This document shows, in pieces, positions 1 to 13,730 of a DNA stretch of 64,000 nucleotides. The notes under the pieces were generated by a model. That model made no database searches. It was not told the origin of the DNA and saw nothing but the letters and a program-made list of their open reading frames with translations. Position numbers and translations under genes: made by a program. Source of the stretch: Perna viridis. Taxonomy: Eukaryota. Within the stretch, counting starts at the first letter, position 1. The number at the start of each line of letters is the position of its first letter. The stretch is from NCBI GenBank assembly GCA_037379345.1, contig CM074521.1:34496704-34560703 (forward strand), written 5' to 3'.

Positions 1-2309
1 AATGCATATGTCATTTCTGACACAACTATTATAAGCAAATTGTGTTTTGACAGAGACCTACATGTATAAGATGTCCATATTACAGTAAAGAATGGTCGAA
101 TGTTACAACAAATAGCGAAGATTCAGGCACCATTGTTGATTGTGTAGCTGTAATATTATATATTTATCGCTTTCAGAAATAAACAGTCCAGTGTATGTAA
201 CAAAGATGGTGAAACAGATTGAATCAGACTTGTAAGTTGCTTTCTAATATCTTTAAAAAGTATTTTCATATCCCCATGCCTCGTTGTAGCAACAAACTAA
301 TTCCAAAATTGTATTTATTAGAACATGTAAAACAGATTGATACAAATCTGTGGATGTTTGGTGTTGTTTGTTTTTTCCCTATGATTCCAATTGAACTGTT
401 AGGTTTAAATTTTGCTGTTAAGTATTGGCAAAAAAAATGCCAAAGCCTCAGCAGTGGGATGATTCAAGTACATCAAAATACAAAAACATGGTCTAAACGT
501 GAACACATGAAACAGAGACGATCTACATACACAGTATAGTGCACCGAATAATTAAAAAAATACACAAAAAAGGATGAAGAAAACTACGGTGTTGATAAAA
601 GTATATTTGGTTTTTTTTTGCATGCTTTGTGATAAATTATCATAATATTTAGTTAGTTTGTTAGTTTATAAAAATACTAAAATAGTAATCATTAATATTG
701 AATATTTCAATATGCTGTACATGTGTTGCAGGGAGATATTGCTCATCAGAAGCATATAATCAAATGTATAGAAATTTAAAAAAAAAATAAATTGTAGCCA
801 AAAGTACCCAAAGTGTAATCTATTGAAATGTGTGCAATATCAGCAATAAAGCCTCAGTATTTCAGTATTTTGAAATTTGTAAAATTGCAAATTTTGATAA
901 ATATGATAAATTATAGCTGATATAATTCGGTGTCGGGAAAGTCTGACTACATTACCGGATTGGCGGAAACCCTCGAGGACCTTCGGTCCACTAGTAGTTG
1001 CATCGACCCTGTGGTTATTAAATACGAAAAATAATCATATATCTTGCAACTTTTGTACATATATTATAAATATCCAACAATTGGGATATTACTTTTGAAG
1101 CACTGCCGTAAAGGTTTCGTTATAAACTATCCAATTACGGTAAAACGTGACATCTTTTATTTCTCTATTAATGTCTCTTCTCCTTTTCTTATTCCACTGA
1201 ACTCAGGTGCTAAGAACTGATTAAAGCTGTAATTTTGTCATTCAAGTCGACTCGATGCTTTGAATCTGACAATCAGGCAGTAATGGTCCACAATGGCAAA
1301 ATAAAGTCAAATTAAAATCCTCGTTGGTGGATCTTCCAAAATATTTCAAAAATAGGAGCTTACTGTAAGCAATTTTCAACTTCCAAGGTTGATTACTTGA
1401 TTTCGTGTTCGTATCATTTTTTTGTTAGTTGTACGGTTGAAACTTAAAGTCTTTGGTTTAGATCTGATTATCTCCCTTATATTGATTAAGCAGACCGTCA
1501 AGGGTTGAGTGTGCATGATTCAGAAAAGTAAATACATTTGATTTTAAAGTGTTTTGAGAGATAGTAAGATTTGATTTACTTACGTAATATTGTATTCATT
1601 TCTTTGAATGAGGATAGCAACTTGTACATATTCATTTACTTTTACTCTTCATTGGTTAGCTATAACTGTCATATTTCTCAACAATGGTGCTTGTTTGAAA
1701 TTAAGTAAGTAGTAAAAATCATCAAGACGTAATTAATGCATGGCATAATGCATCATGTGATCAAAGGTATTGGTATGATATTGTACTTTATATGTGTTTC
1801 GTATAACACGCAATACCTAATTTAACTGAAGCTAAACCAATGGTTAACTCTTTTTAAGCGATATCTTGAAAAAGATGGATAAACAAACCCAGCTAAAAGA
1901 GAAATATTATATTGTACATATAATTCAATGGAAAACAAACAATCAGCTTTGAATAAAGAGATATCAAGATTTTGCCAACTTGAACATGAAGGATATTAAC
2001 AAAATTACTGATAAACTCTAGGTAATAATCACCAGAAATAAGGATAGTCCGTATAACAAATGGTCACATCAAGAGAAAGGCGGAAAGTAAAAATAAATTA
2101 AATGGTCCCGACTCAGTACAGTCATATCATGGTTAATACCTCTCAAAAGCTTGCATTTCAGTGTGTGAGTAAACCGGTTGTTTCTTTCGAAGTAGATACA
2201 GGTTGTTGTCATTCGAACTATTTGATAACTTATTTGTATTCTATATCGAACTCAAGAGTAAATAAGAATTCAACAAATGTTTATGGTTCGTTTTATTGTT
2301 TTAATTTTC

Positions 2310-2635
2310 CTACAATGTCCCAGGTTAGAGGAGGGGTGAGCACTTACAATTATGTTTAACCCCGTAATATACTTGTGTTCCTGTTCCAAGCCAGAAACCT
2401 GTGATATAGAGGTTGTCATTTTTATGTTTATTGTTATTCGTTTTACATTTATTTCTATAGATAAGGTCAATTTTCATGTTTTATGAAAAGTTACTCTTCA
2501 TTAATTTTGGATACTTTTACATCTTGCCTTATGGTATGAGTTTTGCCCATCATTGAAGTTTAGTTGCTCGTTGAGTAACTTTTGGTGGATGACTGATTCA
2601 GTGGCAATCATACCATATATCCTATTTTTATATCA
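2310..2635 (+). mobile_element. Degenerate interspersed repeat (SINE-like core), related copy near 20590-20720
   Basis: Both loci share tttaaccc...cct(g/a)t(t/a)ccaag(c/t)cag(a/g)a; tail gtggcaatcataccatatatcctattttta. Confidence 0.45.
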
Positions 2636-5600
2636 TTTTTTGTAATTTAATGAATGATGTTGAGTGGATCATTACTACCGTATTTTGTATATATTGCAAA
2701 TTCTTAATTTTAACTACATTGCTACATTTCTCTCAAATGTAATTTCGTTCGGAAATATATTTACACCAATGTATTACAGTTCAGTAAAAGGATACAATCA
2801 GCAGTGCTTACACATGTAATCTTTTTGTTCTTCAAACCTCTTGTTGCTCCCTATTTGTTTTGTCAAAGAATGCATTTCGTCTCAAGGCAATATATAATCA
2901 GCACATAGTTTGTTGCTATAATTAACACTATGATCACTACAACTTTAAACCAATTTCTGCGTTTGTGAGTGTTTTAATGCCCTTTATTGCTCTATCCACA
3001 TTGATTCTTACACTCATAAGGTCACACAGGGGTTATACCTTCCCTTCTAGACAACAGTATTAATTCAAAATTTATATTTATGAACAATAAAAGTATTATA
3101 TTGCAGGTGTTCATAATCTGTTTATGCTTATAACGCCTATGTTTAGGATTTAATTTACGCATTAACACCTTTAACAATAGGTTTGGGATCATCAAAATTA
3201 GTCTACATGTTCATACCTAATAGGATGCAATGATTTTCATGCCAGATTGTTATAAAAAAAGATTGCCTTGGAGCATTTATAAAATATTATAAAAAAATTC
3301 TATCGGGTTCAACACTGATTAGTAGATTTTTATGGGTGGCTCACGTAGCATGAATTTCACCTTAAGATTCGATACATCTGAATCTCAATAAACACAATCA
3401 CATATTTTAATTGCTCAATTCAGGTGAAGATAATGTGATATTCGTGTGAACATCATGTTAAATAAATTTTGCCCTTGTAAGATCATCCCTGATATCTATA
3501 TCTCCTTATTTGTCACAAGCGTAGGGAGCGTCATGTTTATGAAGACAATGATATTTTGGCAAATTAAAAAAGGCATATGCTATGCTTTTAAAGACACACT
3601 GATGTACACAATGTCAATGGGCAACCGTGAAAGTATTTGTTACATTCCCTGCCACTGATTAAAAGTAATCAAGGGAATACAGATTTTGTGTGTGTATTTA
3701 TATCAGATTTAAATGCTCTATCACTTATCATTTCACATACATATAAGGGAACATAACAGACAAAAACTATCTCAGCCACGTTTTAAACTTAAGATGCCCG
3801 GGTTATAGAATGATTCGTCGCTTATCACAAGTTTAAGATGTACTTGTTTATCAAGTAATGTTAAAATTCTGCTAGATATTTTATCGAGTAACTTCATTAA
3901 ACATTGAATGCATTTACATGGTGTAACGTGTACACAAATCTACAATCACGTTTTGGTGCAGTTGCAAAATAAAAATGAAATTGAAAGCACAAAGCAAGTG
4001 TTTATTATTTCATATATTTAATTGTGCATAAGATTTTATAGCCACAAATATATAATTGTATTCTTTGTTTTGTGTATTAGTATTAAACATGTTATGTTCT
4101 CGTATGAAATTATAATGTGTCGTTTAACAATTTAAAGTGACAATAATGAACTGGCACAGATTTAAGTCGACGTGGACTGTGGATCTATTGTTTTACAATG
4201 TAAAGGTATTGTGATGACTATAAACAAATTAGATACCATAAAATAGTTTGAAATTATCTCAACGTTTCAGAAGGACTACTGAGGGGTGATATCAATATTA
4301 GAACATTCTTGTTTTTTCCCTTTGTTTCTCTTTTCTAACTTACTCCAATGTTAAACAAATGTCATCTATCTTAGGTATGTCTATTTAGCTATAAGTTATT
4401 ATGACCGTTATGATATAAAGATTACAGATACGAATCGAATTCTTTGTTTTCCCTTAATTGGTCCTGATATTAAAGATGCTATCATTATTTCCACAACCCC
4501 ACGGAAGATATATGTGATATAAGTAGAACTCTACCAGAAACATATAATCATAACTCTTTAATTATAACCCTGTTGTAGTTAATTGTATAAACATTTATAG
4601 AGTGATTTGATACACTTTGCTTATTATACCTATCTTGGAATGCACCGTCTAGTAACCAGTGTCTCGGTAGCATCATCAATGCACGATCATATAGGAGTAT
4701 AACATTAAGTTAACCATTGCTCAATTATTATGTTTAGGTAATTGGAAAGAGATATTCTAAGGTAGGACAATAAATCGTGTTAACTTAGACTTCCACAGAC
4801 TGTACTAATATAACTAGTAAAAGTGGACTTACATTTTAACATTCAATTCAGTTTATCACGTGTTTAGTTAAATCTTTGTATTATTGAATTTTAGTTGTAT
4901 TTCATACTGTTAGCTGTAGTATCATGAGTAAATATACAGATTTAGGTTAAACCATGTTTTTTTATGTTGCTTTACTTAAGCGCATAATTAGAATGAGTCT
5001 CCGGTGTCATATCGCTTTTGTTTGGCTTTCAATTGGCGTGGTATTTAGCTACATAACTTCGAAAATCGTTTTCAAACAAATACTTCAATAATCAGATAAT
5101 TTTACTGTGAGAAGAGTTCGATGCAGCGTCACCATCTCATAGTCAACATTTAATCGTATAGGAACCTGTTTAAATCCATTTTGTCGCACTGACGATTTGT
5201 TCGGTTAAGGCAAATATTTGGTCTACATAGGTTTAAAAAGTATTAAAAATATAGTTTGAATTGACCTCAGAAGATGTCCGGTTAACACAGGCCACCGGTT
5301 TATCCGTGTATCCGTGTTCGATCTGAACAGATTTTCGGGGCACGGGTGGGGTGGGGGCTAGGTGTTATTCCCTTTCTAAACCCTTTCCTCTGTAGGTGTT
5401 ATTCCATTATTTTGTGACCGGGTGTGCAATTTTCAGAATGAAATCTGTACAAAAATCTATGTATTCCAAAATCTATGGATTAAGCAATAAATGGTCAGAT
5501 CTATGCAATGAAGACAAATACATGCCTAAATGTATATGACGGAAATATTAACTACAATCTGAAATCATTAAAGTAAAAATACACACTCAAATTTAAGCAG

Positions 5601-6799
5601 TTAGTGTTAAAACGAACAATAAAATGCACATCCCCGGATACTAGTTGACAGGGAGTGCCAGATTTAACTGTATGCGTATCTATACTGAATTTCATTTAAA
5701 CACTGATACTGTTTATATTGACCGTTGTTTACTTTCACATTGTTATAAGTGATTTATTTGTGTCTTTATGTATGTGTTTCTATTTCTGAAATAGATCTTC
5801 GATTTTATATAAACTGGTTTCAAGTAAGATTAATGATTTACGAGTTAAGTTTATTTGTGTCAAAATTTAGTGGTTTAATATTTAGTTTTATTCAAGGAGC
5901 TAGTGATTGCAACTGTGTTTTATATGCGTTCTTTTCATTGCAACACATCCATGTTTACCTTATTGTTTTGTTTGAGTAAGATCAGATGAAACAATGAGTT
6001 TACCGTGAACCAATTAAGGTTTATTATTGATACAAAAATAACTCAATCTTCTTTTTATCCCTTTTGTACCATCTTTGAAATAAATGAACCGATATATGAA
6101 TAAATACAAATCGCTCTTTAATTGTGCATTTAATTGCTGGATGTGTTTTGATTCATTCAAATCTGATAAAGTCTGAAGAACCACTATGTTATTTTCCAGC
6201 ATTTGCAACTGCTGAACTGACTGGGTTTGATGTGTAAATGGCCTCCCCCGTACAATGAACCTGCCGAAGACTATAACTATATAACATACAACGCTTACAC
6301 ATACAGCACAACAAATATCATTTAGGTCACTATCCTACTGACACATGCTCCGGGATAGCAATAAGCAAGCTGAAAGAAGAACTGGAACTCCCCTACATTT
6401 CTCAGAAACGGGAATCTTTATTTAAAAAATCAACAATGCATAAAGACCATTTGATGTGTGATGTGCATACAAATGAAATATGATTATTTTCAACTTATAC
6501 GATTGATTTTGCTCCATTCTCCCTTTACACATTGTCATTACACATGTGCACTTAACTTTTTATAGGATTTTTTTGCGCACGTTTTAAAAGCTTGTTTAAT
6601 AAATCAGTGATTAAATATCTAATTCCATGATAGATGAAAGTAGAACTACATTTGAGATGGACGAACAGACAGGGGGAGGGAGAAAGAAAGGATTGACATC
6701 AATATCAAAGATATTCCAATGATAAAACATTGTCAGGAGAATATTTCAATTACTGATATTATTCAGACAAAACTGACAGACTTGCTCGGACGCCATAAA

Positions 6800-7185
6800 A
6801 TGTTCAGGGTTCAATTGGAGATTTTGTATGCATTATATGGTTGTTAGATTCTGTTTTTTTTATTGGAGAGATTGTATGTATTGTATGGTTGATAAATTCA
6901 GGGTTTTGTTGGAGAGTTTGTATGCATTGCATGGTTGTAAGATTCTGGATATCTATTGGAGAATTTCTATCCATTGTACTGTTGTTAGTTTCTAGGTTTC
7001 TATTGGAGAATTTTAATGCATTGTATGGTTGGTAAACTCTGTCTTTCTATTGAAATGTTTTTTTTTATGCATTGTATGGTTGTTTGATTCTATGTTTCTG
7101 TTGGAGAGTTTTTATACATTTTACAGTTGTAAGATTCTGGGTTCAATTGGAGAGTATGTATGTATTGTACGGCAGTTAGATTCTT
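6800..7185. repeat. Minisatellite, ~47-bp unit, about 8 copies
   Basis: ttggagag...tatgcattgtatggttg...ttct units start near 6815, 6863, 6909, 6956, 7003, 7050, 7101 and 7147. Confidence 0.9.
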
Positions 7186-7355
7186 AGCGTTTCGTGATGA
7201 ATTTATCATCAACTACTTCTGTAATCGTGCTATGATACAATAATCAAACAATCTTGCAAAACCTAAAATGTTGAAGGAAATTACATAATAAAGTCATGTA
7301 GAACATGACATGACAGATAAAACGTACATTTCTATTTGTTGCACAACAATTATTT

Positions 7356-7792
7356 CTAGAATTCTTACAAATAGGCTTCTGGAACAACAGTGTTATGTTG
7401 CTACAAGATTGAAGTAATCACTACAGAAGTGTTATGGTCGTCATCATGAACTCGTGGATCCTTATGGTGTATCCATCTGCACCATCAAACCTGATTTATT
7501 CAACGGTTCATAGTTTTCCTTTCCTCATTTGTCTACCCCGAACTTGACTTTTTATGAGGAAATTGGTGGGTGTTTCTATAAAAACAGAGGACGCTTACTC
7601 TACCGGTGCACCTGGTGCATGCTCCCAGTCTTTAGCTGAGTCCGAGTTGCTTATTTGCTTTTGTTACTTTGTATGTATGATTTTAGTTACTTTATCTTCT
7701 TTGTTGTGTATGTCTGTTTTCCATGTCTGGTCATTGTCTCTGGATTACATTCTTTTGATTACAGCTGTAGCCTTTGTTCCCGTGATATCTCT
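7356..7792 (+). mobile_element. Penelope-like element 3' fragment (last RT codons plus 3' UTR)
   Basis: LTNRLLEQ...YGRHHELVDPYGVSICTIKPDLFNGS* followed by the shared UTR (gacgcttactctaccggtgcacctgg...ggattacattcttttgatt). Confidence 0.85.
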
Positions 7793-8010
7793 TTGCAAAT
7801 ATTAGAAATATTTTTCCCTTTTCTACGCATCTTCTACCCACCCAAGATAGCCTGTCTTATTACATACATTAGTCAATTCTTTCGAGCATGGATTGAAAAA
7901 AAAGAAGCATAATTGGGATGAGGTTTTAGACTTTTACAAATTGGGTAATATGTAACAATGTAAAGACAATGCATGGTTGGTTGATGCTTGAGCTTGAATT
8001 TTGATCTTAT

Positions 8011-8155
8011 NNNNNNNNNNNNNNNNNNNNNNNNNNNNNNNNNNNNNNNNNNNNNNNNNNNNNNNNNNNNNNNNNNNNNNNNNNNNNNNNNNNNNNNNNN
8101 NNNNNNNNNNNNNNNNNNNNNNNNNNNNNNNNNNNNNNNNNNNNNNNNNNNNNNN
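8011..8155. other. Assembly gap (145 N)
   Basis: Run of N bases. Confidence 1.
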
Positions 8156-11100
8156 TATTCTTTCTTGGTTAAAAAATTTGCTTGAATTTGCGCGTGAATA
8201 GTTATCAGTCTGCCTCTATTAGTTTTATTTTGCTGAAATTTATTTACAGGCGATCCACTGTTCTTAATAATTGTTTCATTGCGGTATCGACAATGTAGTC
8301 TCACAAGTTCCCACTAAATGCTAGAGCTTATACTTTTAACTATATTAACATTAAACATCGGTTTGTAAAAGATGACAGTTCTTATTCTACAACTGTATCA
8401 AGAAGAGCATTATTACTTTCTTTTTTATTGTTCATAAAAATTGAAAACGGAGAATTAAATTGTAAGTTCTCAAACAAAATTACTTACAGAATCATTCATG
8501 CAATGAAAATGTTATATAACATACACTAATCAATTTGTTACTGCCAGTACTTGATGCATTATGACATTAACATGTGATCAAATTAACTTATAATTATTTT
8601 ATTACTACGTTTACAAAACCGGAAACAGATGGTGGAATTTGTTAAAAAAATGAAGTTAATATATTTACTAAACAAGAGCAGGAAAAATTAACATCAAGTT
8701 GGGATATTGTTACACCAAGTTTTGGAATTTCCTAGCAAATTTCCTCTCTCAACTGCAGAAAAATTGAAATGAATAATACAAAAAAATGTATTAACCATCT
8801 GTATTACTATATTTGTTGTAGAAATCGGAAATAATCATCGTACTATGATCAACCAGTAAGCGTTTATGTTGTTCATAATAAAACAATAGTCAATGTTCTA
8901 GAAATACCCACTCATTGAAAGATTATTGTTCTTTGTTGGAGATGGCAGGCGATTAAGACGACAGAAATCGTTATGTAAGCATTACACTGACAAGAAATAA
9001 CAGTCATTCTTTAATTCCGTCGAGCTATTTCCTTTACATTTCATCCTTCTGATAGCATCACTACTAATTACTCTGTATTAGAGTTTTTTTACTCAGACGT
9101 GAAAACTTTCAGGATTTATTTTGATAAAAGAGAAAAGCTTGCAGCAAGTCTACGACAACGACAATTGATGTCAGACGTTTAAATTATACATTTCACCTAT
9201 CCAAAACAGTGGAAAATTGTTTAAAGCCAATTTGGTCTGGGGATTTTCATATGTTCAGAAATACGTATAGTTCAGCAATTACAGACAATACTGTTAATTA
9301 ACTGTAAAATAAATGTCTTACTTTCGCACCGTTAAGCATTGTGCACTGTTCAACTTATCAAAGTGTAATGTTGACCAACTTTAAAATCTCATTGAGTAAT
9401 ATATGCACTTAAATTTGTGAGATCTCATAAAACGTTGTAACTTCTCTAGTTCATATTTGTATTGATCTAGTGCCTCTTTTAATCGCTACTTGGCATTCTG
9501 ACAAAATGTGCATGTATTAAGATATAAAAAAAAAAAACCAAAGCTTAATTTGTGATTTGTGTTTAAAATGATTTGCAGTTCTGACCAGTCCATATCAGCA
9601 CAAATAACACTGCAAGTGTGGGGAAAATATTATATCTTGAAACTTATAGACTAATTGGAAAGACAAGTGCATAAATGAATATAGCTCCATCATCATGGTC
9701 AAAAGTCTTATCATTTCCTAAAGTAAATTACACTTTCATATTGTTTCCTCTCTAACTTACTTACTTTGGGGACTTGATATAATTGAAATTCAATAATATA
9801 GATTTTGCACCTATTACAAGTCCTGTTTGATCATCTTTGCACATATCTTCGTCCTTGCATATCTTTGCATCTTTGTTACATTGGTCTGATCTGTGTTTAA
9901 CTGAAAAGACACGTTGATGTGAATGACACAATATCCCTCTCTTTAACTTCATAATTATATTTTACAAAAACCCGGGAGATGACAAGCTTATTTAACAACC
10001 AATTTCATTTTTCTTTTTATTCACATCGTCTGTGCCTGGTACATCAATAGGGAAAACTTCTACTGACATCTTACTTATAATGGAAATTGTTTTAATATTC
10101 GTGTTATCGGGAAATATTTAGAGATATTTTTATTTTCGACGGGATCAAGCCCAATTTATCATGGAATCAACAATGGAATTGCCATTACGAAATTAATTAT
10201 GAAATCGATGTCCTAGGCCCGCCAAATGAACATTCAATTTATCCAAGAAAGCATCAATTTTCATAAATACCATGAATAATAACTAAAGAATCTTTATGAC
10301 CGAATGTCGACGTCTTGAAAACAACACAGCAGAAAAAAAAAAACGTCAATAGCTATTCTTAACTAGCCTTGATCACATTTCTGACTTTAAGTAGATTGTT
10401 ATCCAAGTTTTAGTGAATTAAAACTATCAATTATTCCAATTAGGCAGATTTCATCCTATACATTTGATTGATCATCATTATTATACCAATTGTGTGGTTT
10501 CTTTTACACTACGGCTAGAAGTACAATGCCTTCATTACAATACAATGCCAGCAAACTTGTGGAGTCGCGGATGTTTGTCATATAATCGTTAGACTTACAA
10601 CTGTTACATCCTGCTCTGACACTTGATACCTTCAAGGAGTTTATCTATCGCCCTTTGGTCCATTTTGTAAATGTGAATTGTTCAGTGTTAGGTTTGTAGG
10701 TGGTAAAATCTACGGTACGAAAAAAGAAAAAAAGGAAACATTTGATCGCATCAATCGATCGAGGGCGAGAAAATAAACAGAATCGAAATCCTTACCCATC
10801 GAACTATGATGCTTTAGTTTTTACTCGGTAATAAAGAATAATAACAAAACTGCATAACTGATTAAATTTAAGCATTATGAAATGGAAAAGTAAAAAAAGA
10901 TTCCATAAAACAAATTACAATCGTGGCATGGTACTGGTATTTCCGTTACCTTGTATTAGAGATTCATAACTGGCATACATAAAGGTAATTAATTACGAAA
11001 ATAGTCTTCGAATATGAAATAAATCTAACTTCTTAACAATAAAACTTAGTGTTGAAAAATAAAAGCAGAGTCACGGGAGCATACAAATATTAGGTCAATA

Positions 11101-13116
11101 CAACGGACGAACTCATTAGATGTATTACTTTTTTCCTGGCTGCTTTTCTTTTTCTTCTTTATTCTTCTTTTACGGGTTCCATTACGCAATATATATATAT
11201 ATATGAAAATACACTTTGATCAAGTGTATTTCTGTTCCATTATTTTATTCTTGTTGGTGAAAAGATTAGAATTCCTTTGTATCAAAACAACACTTTAGGA
11301 GTTTGGACAGATTTGACAAAATATGGTAAAAACGGTATATATTTGAATTGACTATGTATTCTTACAGGTATAAATATAGCAAATATTCATGGAAGTCACA
11401 AGGACAGCCCTTTCGGAAGAAAAAATTGTCACAAAGTGAAGGCCAGTGGCCATGGTGTTGAATAATAATTTTTCAATTTAACATGATTTGAAAGAAATTT
11501 CATTTTTGCACTTGAAATACGCAAGTTTTTTTATCCTGCTTTTCCGATTTTTTTCACAGCACTTATAACAAAAGTGGGGGCTAGAGTCAAAATTTAGCAC
11601 ATTTTCACATTTTATGTAAACAAGCCTAGCAAAAAAATGCCGCATGACCTTGTGTTTGAATGTTGCAAAAGATAACGAAGTATATAACCTTAAAAAGCAA
11701 TACAAAGAACTTGATTTTGTAAAGGTTAATTCACATAACTAAAAACATTGGTTTGAATAGTAGAAATGGGAACCGAATTTATTCATAAAAGACTATCGAG
11801 GCACAGTTGGTTTCGTCCTCAAACTTAAAGCACCTGCCGTACATATTTTTTTTATCGTTTCACTATTTTTACAATCAGTAATGTAGAACGGCAGCAAAAA
11901 CATCAAATTACACAACTATCACTTCGAAGTGACATTAAATAAAGGTATATTTGAGAAGGAAAACCCAAAGTTCTAAATATTTTTTTTTATATTCACAGCT
12001 ATAACATTTGTGTCTAACCATCGAAACCTTCTGTTTGTGAACATACCAAACCAAATATCACCCATGATTATAAGCTATATAATCATACCTCATTACCGCT
12101 TTAACATCTCTCAACATTTCTCAGCCTATGGTTAAATCAACAAAAGACGTTAACATTTAACAAATTCTACTACTGTAGTGCAGTATACATATACTGCATA
12201 TAACACGGGATATATTTATCTATAGGTATTAAAAGTCAGAAATTTTATATAATTAATTAAGAGATATATAAATGTTAATTGATAGATAATATTCAACAAC
12301 AAACCAATTATTACGAGTAAATAGGATGTTTACTAATAAATGTTCATATTTAATTTTTGTCTTTTCATTCCTCTCTTTTGATGACATATACATCAATGCT
12401 GTATTTGCGTGTAAGTTTTAGTTATAATTATCCTCTAAGCGTTAAAATCTCGGTCATCGATGGCTAATTATGAACATATGTTGTTAGGAACTTAGAGTAC
12501 TGTCCTTCCTTTATCATTAAAATACTTACTATTATTTGACAGCTTTAAACAATTTAAATGGTTGTTTGAAAATAGCTCACAATATCTTCGTAGGACAAAG
12601 ACAGACATACCAATCAACAATTATGACAGCCTAATTTAGTATGAAATATAAGGTATCGCTTACATGTGTTCATTCAAAACAACAATTCTGACTGTTTATC
12701 TCTAAATGCGTAATTGCGTTGGTATTGAATAGAAACCTATATATAGTATTCAATGTTCTAGACCAAGACGTTATGACCTTATTATAGGGATGAATAGTTA
12801 TAATTAATTATAAATCAATCTGCCTTTTGTTTTCCAGAGAAGAACAGTGGGAAAACAGGTGATATACATTTGCTTGCACATTAGAAAATATCGGAGAGTT
12901 TAGCAAAGACGTTCGTCTATAAGAGGGAGATTTTGGATCGCAGCATCTCAGAAGAAAATATATTGGCTTCCAGTTGATTAGTGAACAGATGTTAGGATAA
13001 AACATTATTTTATAGATGTGACATTCATTCTACATATAGAAAGATTAAGCATCTTATGTTGTCTAAAAACACTTATTTCTTTTCATAAGGATATTCACGA
13101 ACAGAACATCAATTAG

Positions 13117-13210
13117 CAGATGATATCTGTACACGTGGGGATTGTCATTGCATCTGCTCCGCACGTGGAACTCATTCGGAACCGATTATCAGAGAATGCA
13201 AGATCATATG
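13117..13210. promoter_or_regulatory. E-box cluster upstream of the GPCR start codon
   Basis: CAGATG 13117, CACGTG 13132, CATCTG 13151, CACGTG 13162 and CATATG 13205 within 94 bp, about 450-530 bp upstream of the ATG. Confidence 0.4.
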
Positions 13211-13648
13211 AATAATTACGAAATTAAGAGATTCGATTAGTTTTAATTGCTGTAAGAGAAAGTTTAGAAGGAATTTAATTGCGGTTAGTAACTTACACGG
13301 ATTTATTGATTATAAATAAAATCTGCTTATACAAAAACAGCGATAATCTGCAGAAGAGAAGCACAATAAAATTGAAACTACTCGAGACAATTCCTATTGT
13401 AGATTTCTTTACGGGAGTTGCTTTCACGGAATAACACTCTAAATAGTGTGAGAGTTTACGTATGTTGGGTGCACTATAAGACAGTGTTACAATATAGAAC
13501 AGAAGATGTAGAAAATAATATAATTTTGTTTCTTCGATATGGATACTGATCGGTACGATTCTACATTTTAGTTTTGGAAATAAATTTATAACATAGTGAA
13601 GATCATTCAAAAAAAGGCTGTATCAGAAGAAATCATAATTTGGACGAA

Positions 13649-13730
13649 ATGGCGATGAGTGAAGATATGTTTAGGTTTAAACAACTAAACTGTACCAGTA
13701 CTTCTAATGCCCTAATTACAAGAGATCCAG
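13649..13730 (+). CDS. GPCR coding exon 1 (MAMSEDMFRFKQLNCTSTSNALITRDP-G)
   Basis: ATG with A at -3 replaced by G (gaaATGG) and an in-frame TAA upstream at 13589-13591. Strong donor CAG|gtaaga. Phase 1 matches exon 2. Supplies the first ECD cysteine at the expected spacing from the second. Confidence 0.75.

Noticed and set aside
6800-7185. Regularly spaced repeats resembling a CRISPR array
   Set aside because: Whole units repeat with no unique spacers, there are no cas genes, and the context is eukaryotic; it is a minisatellite.
7873-8304. ORFs spanning the N run
   Set aside because: Artefacts of the assembly gap.
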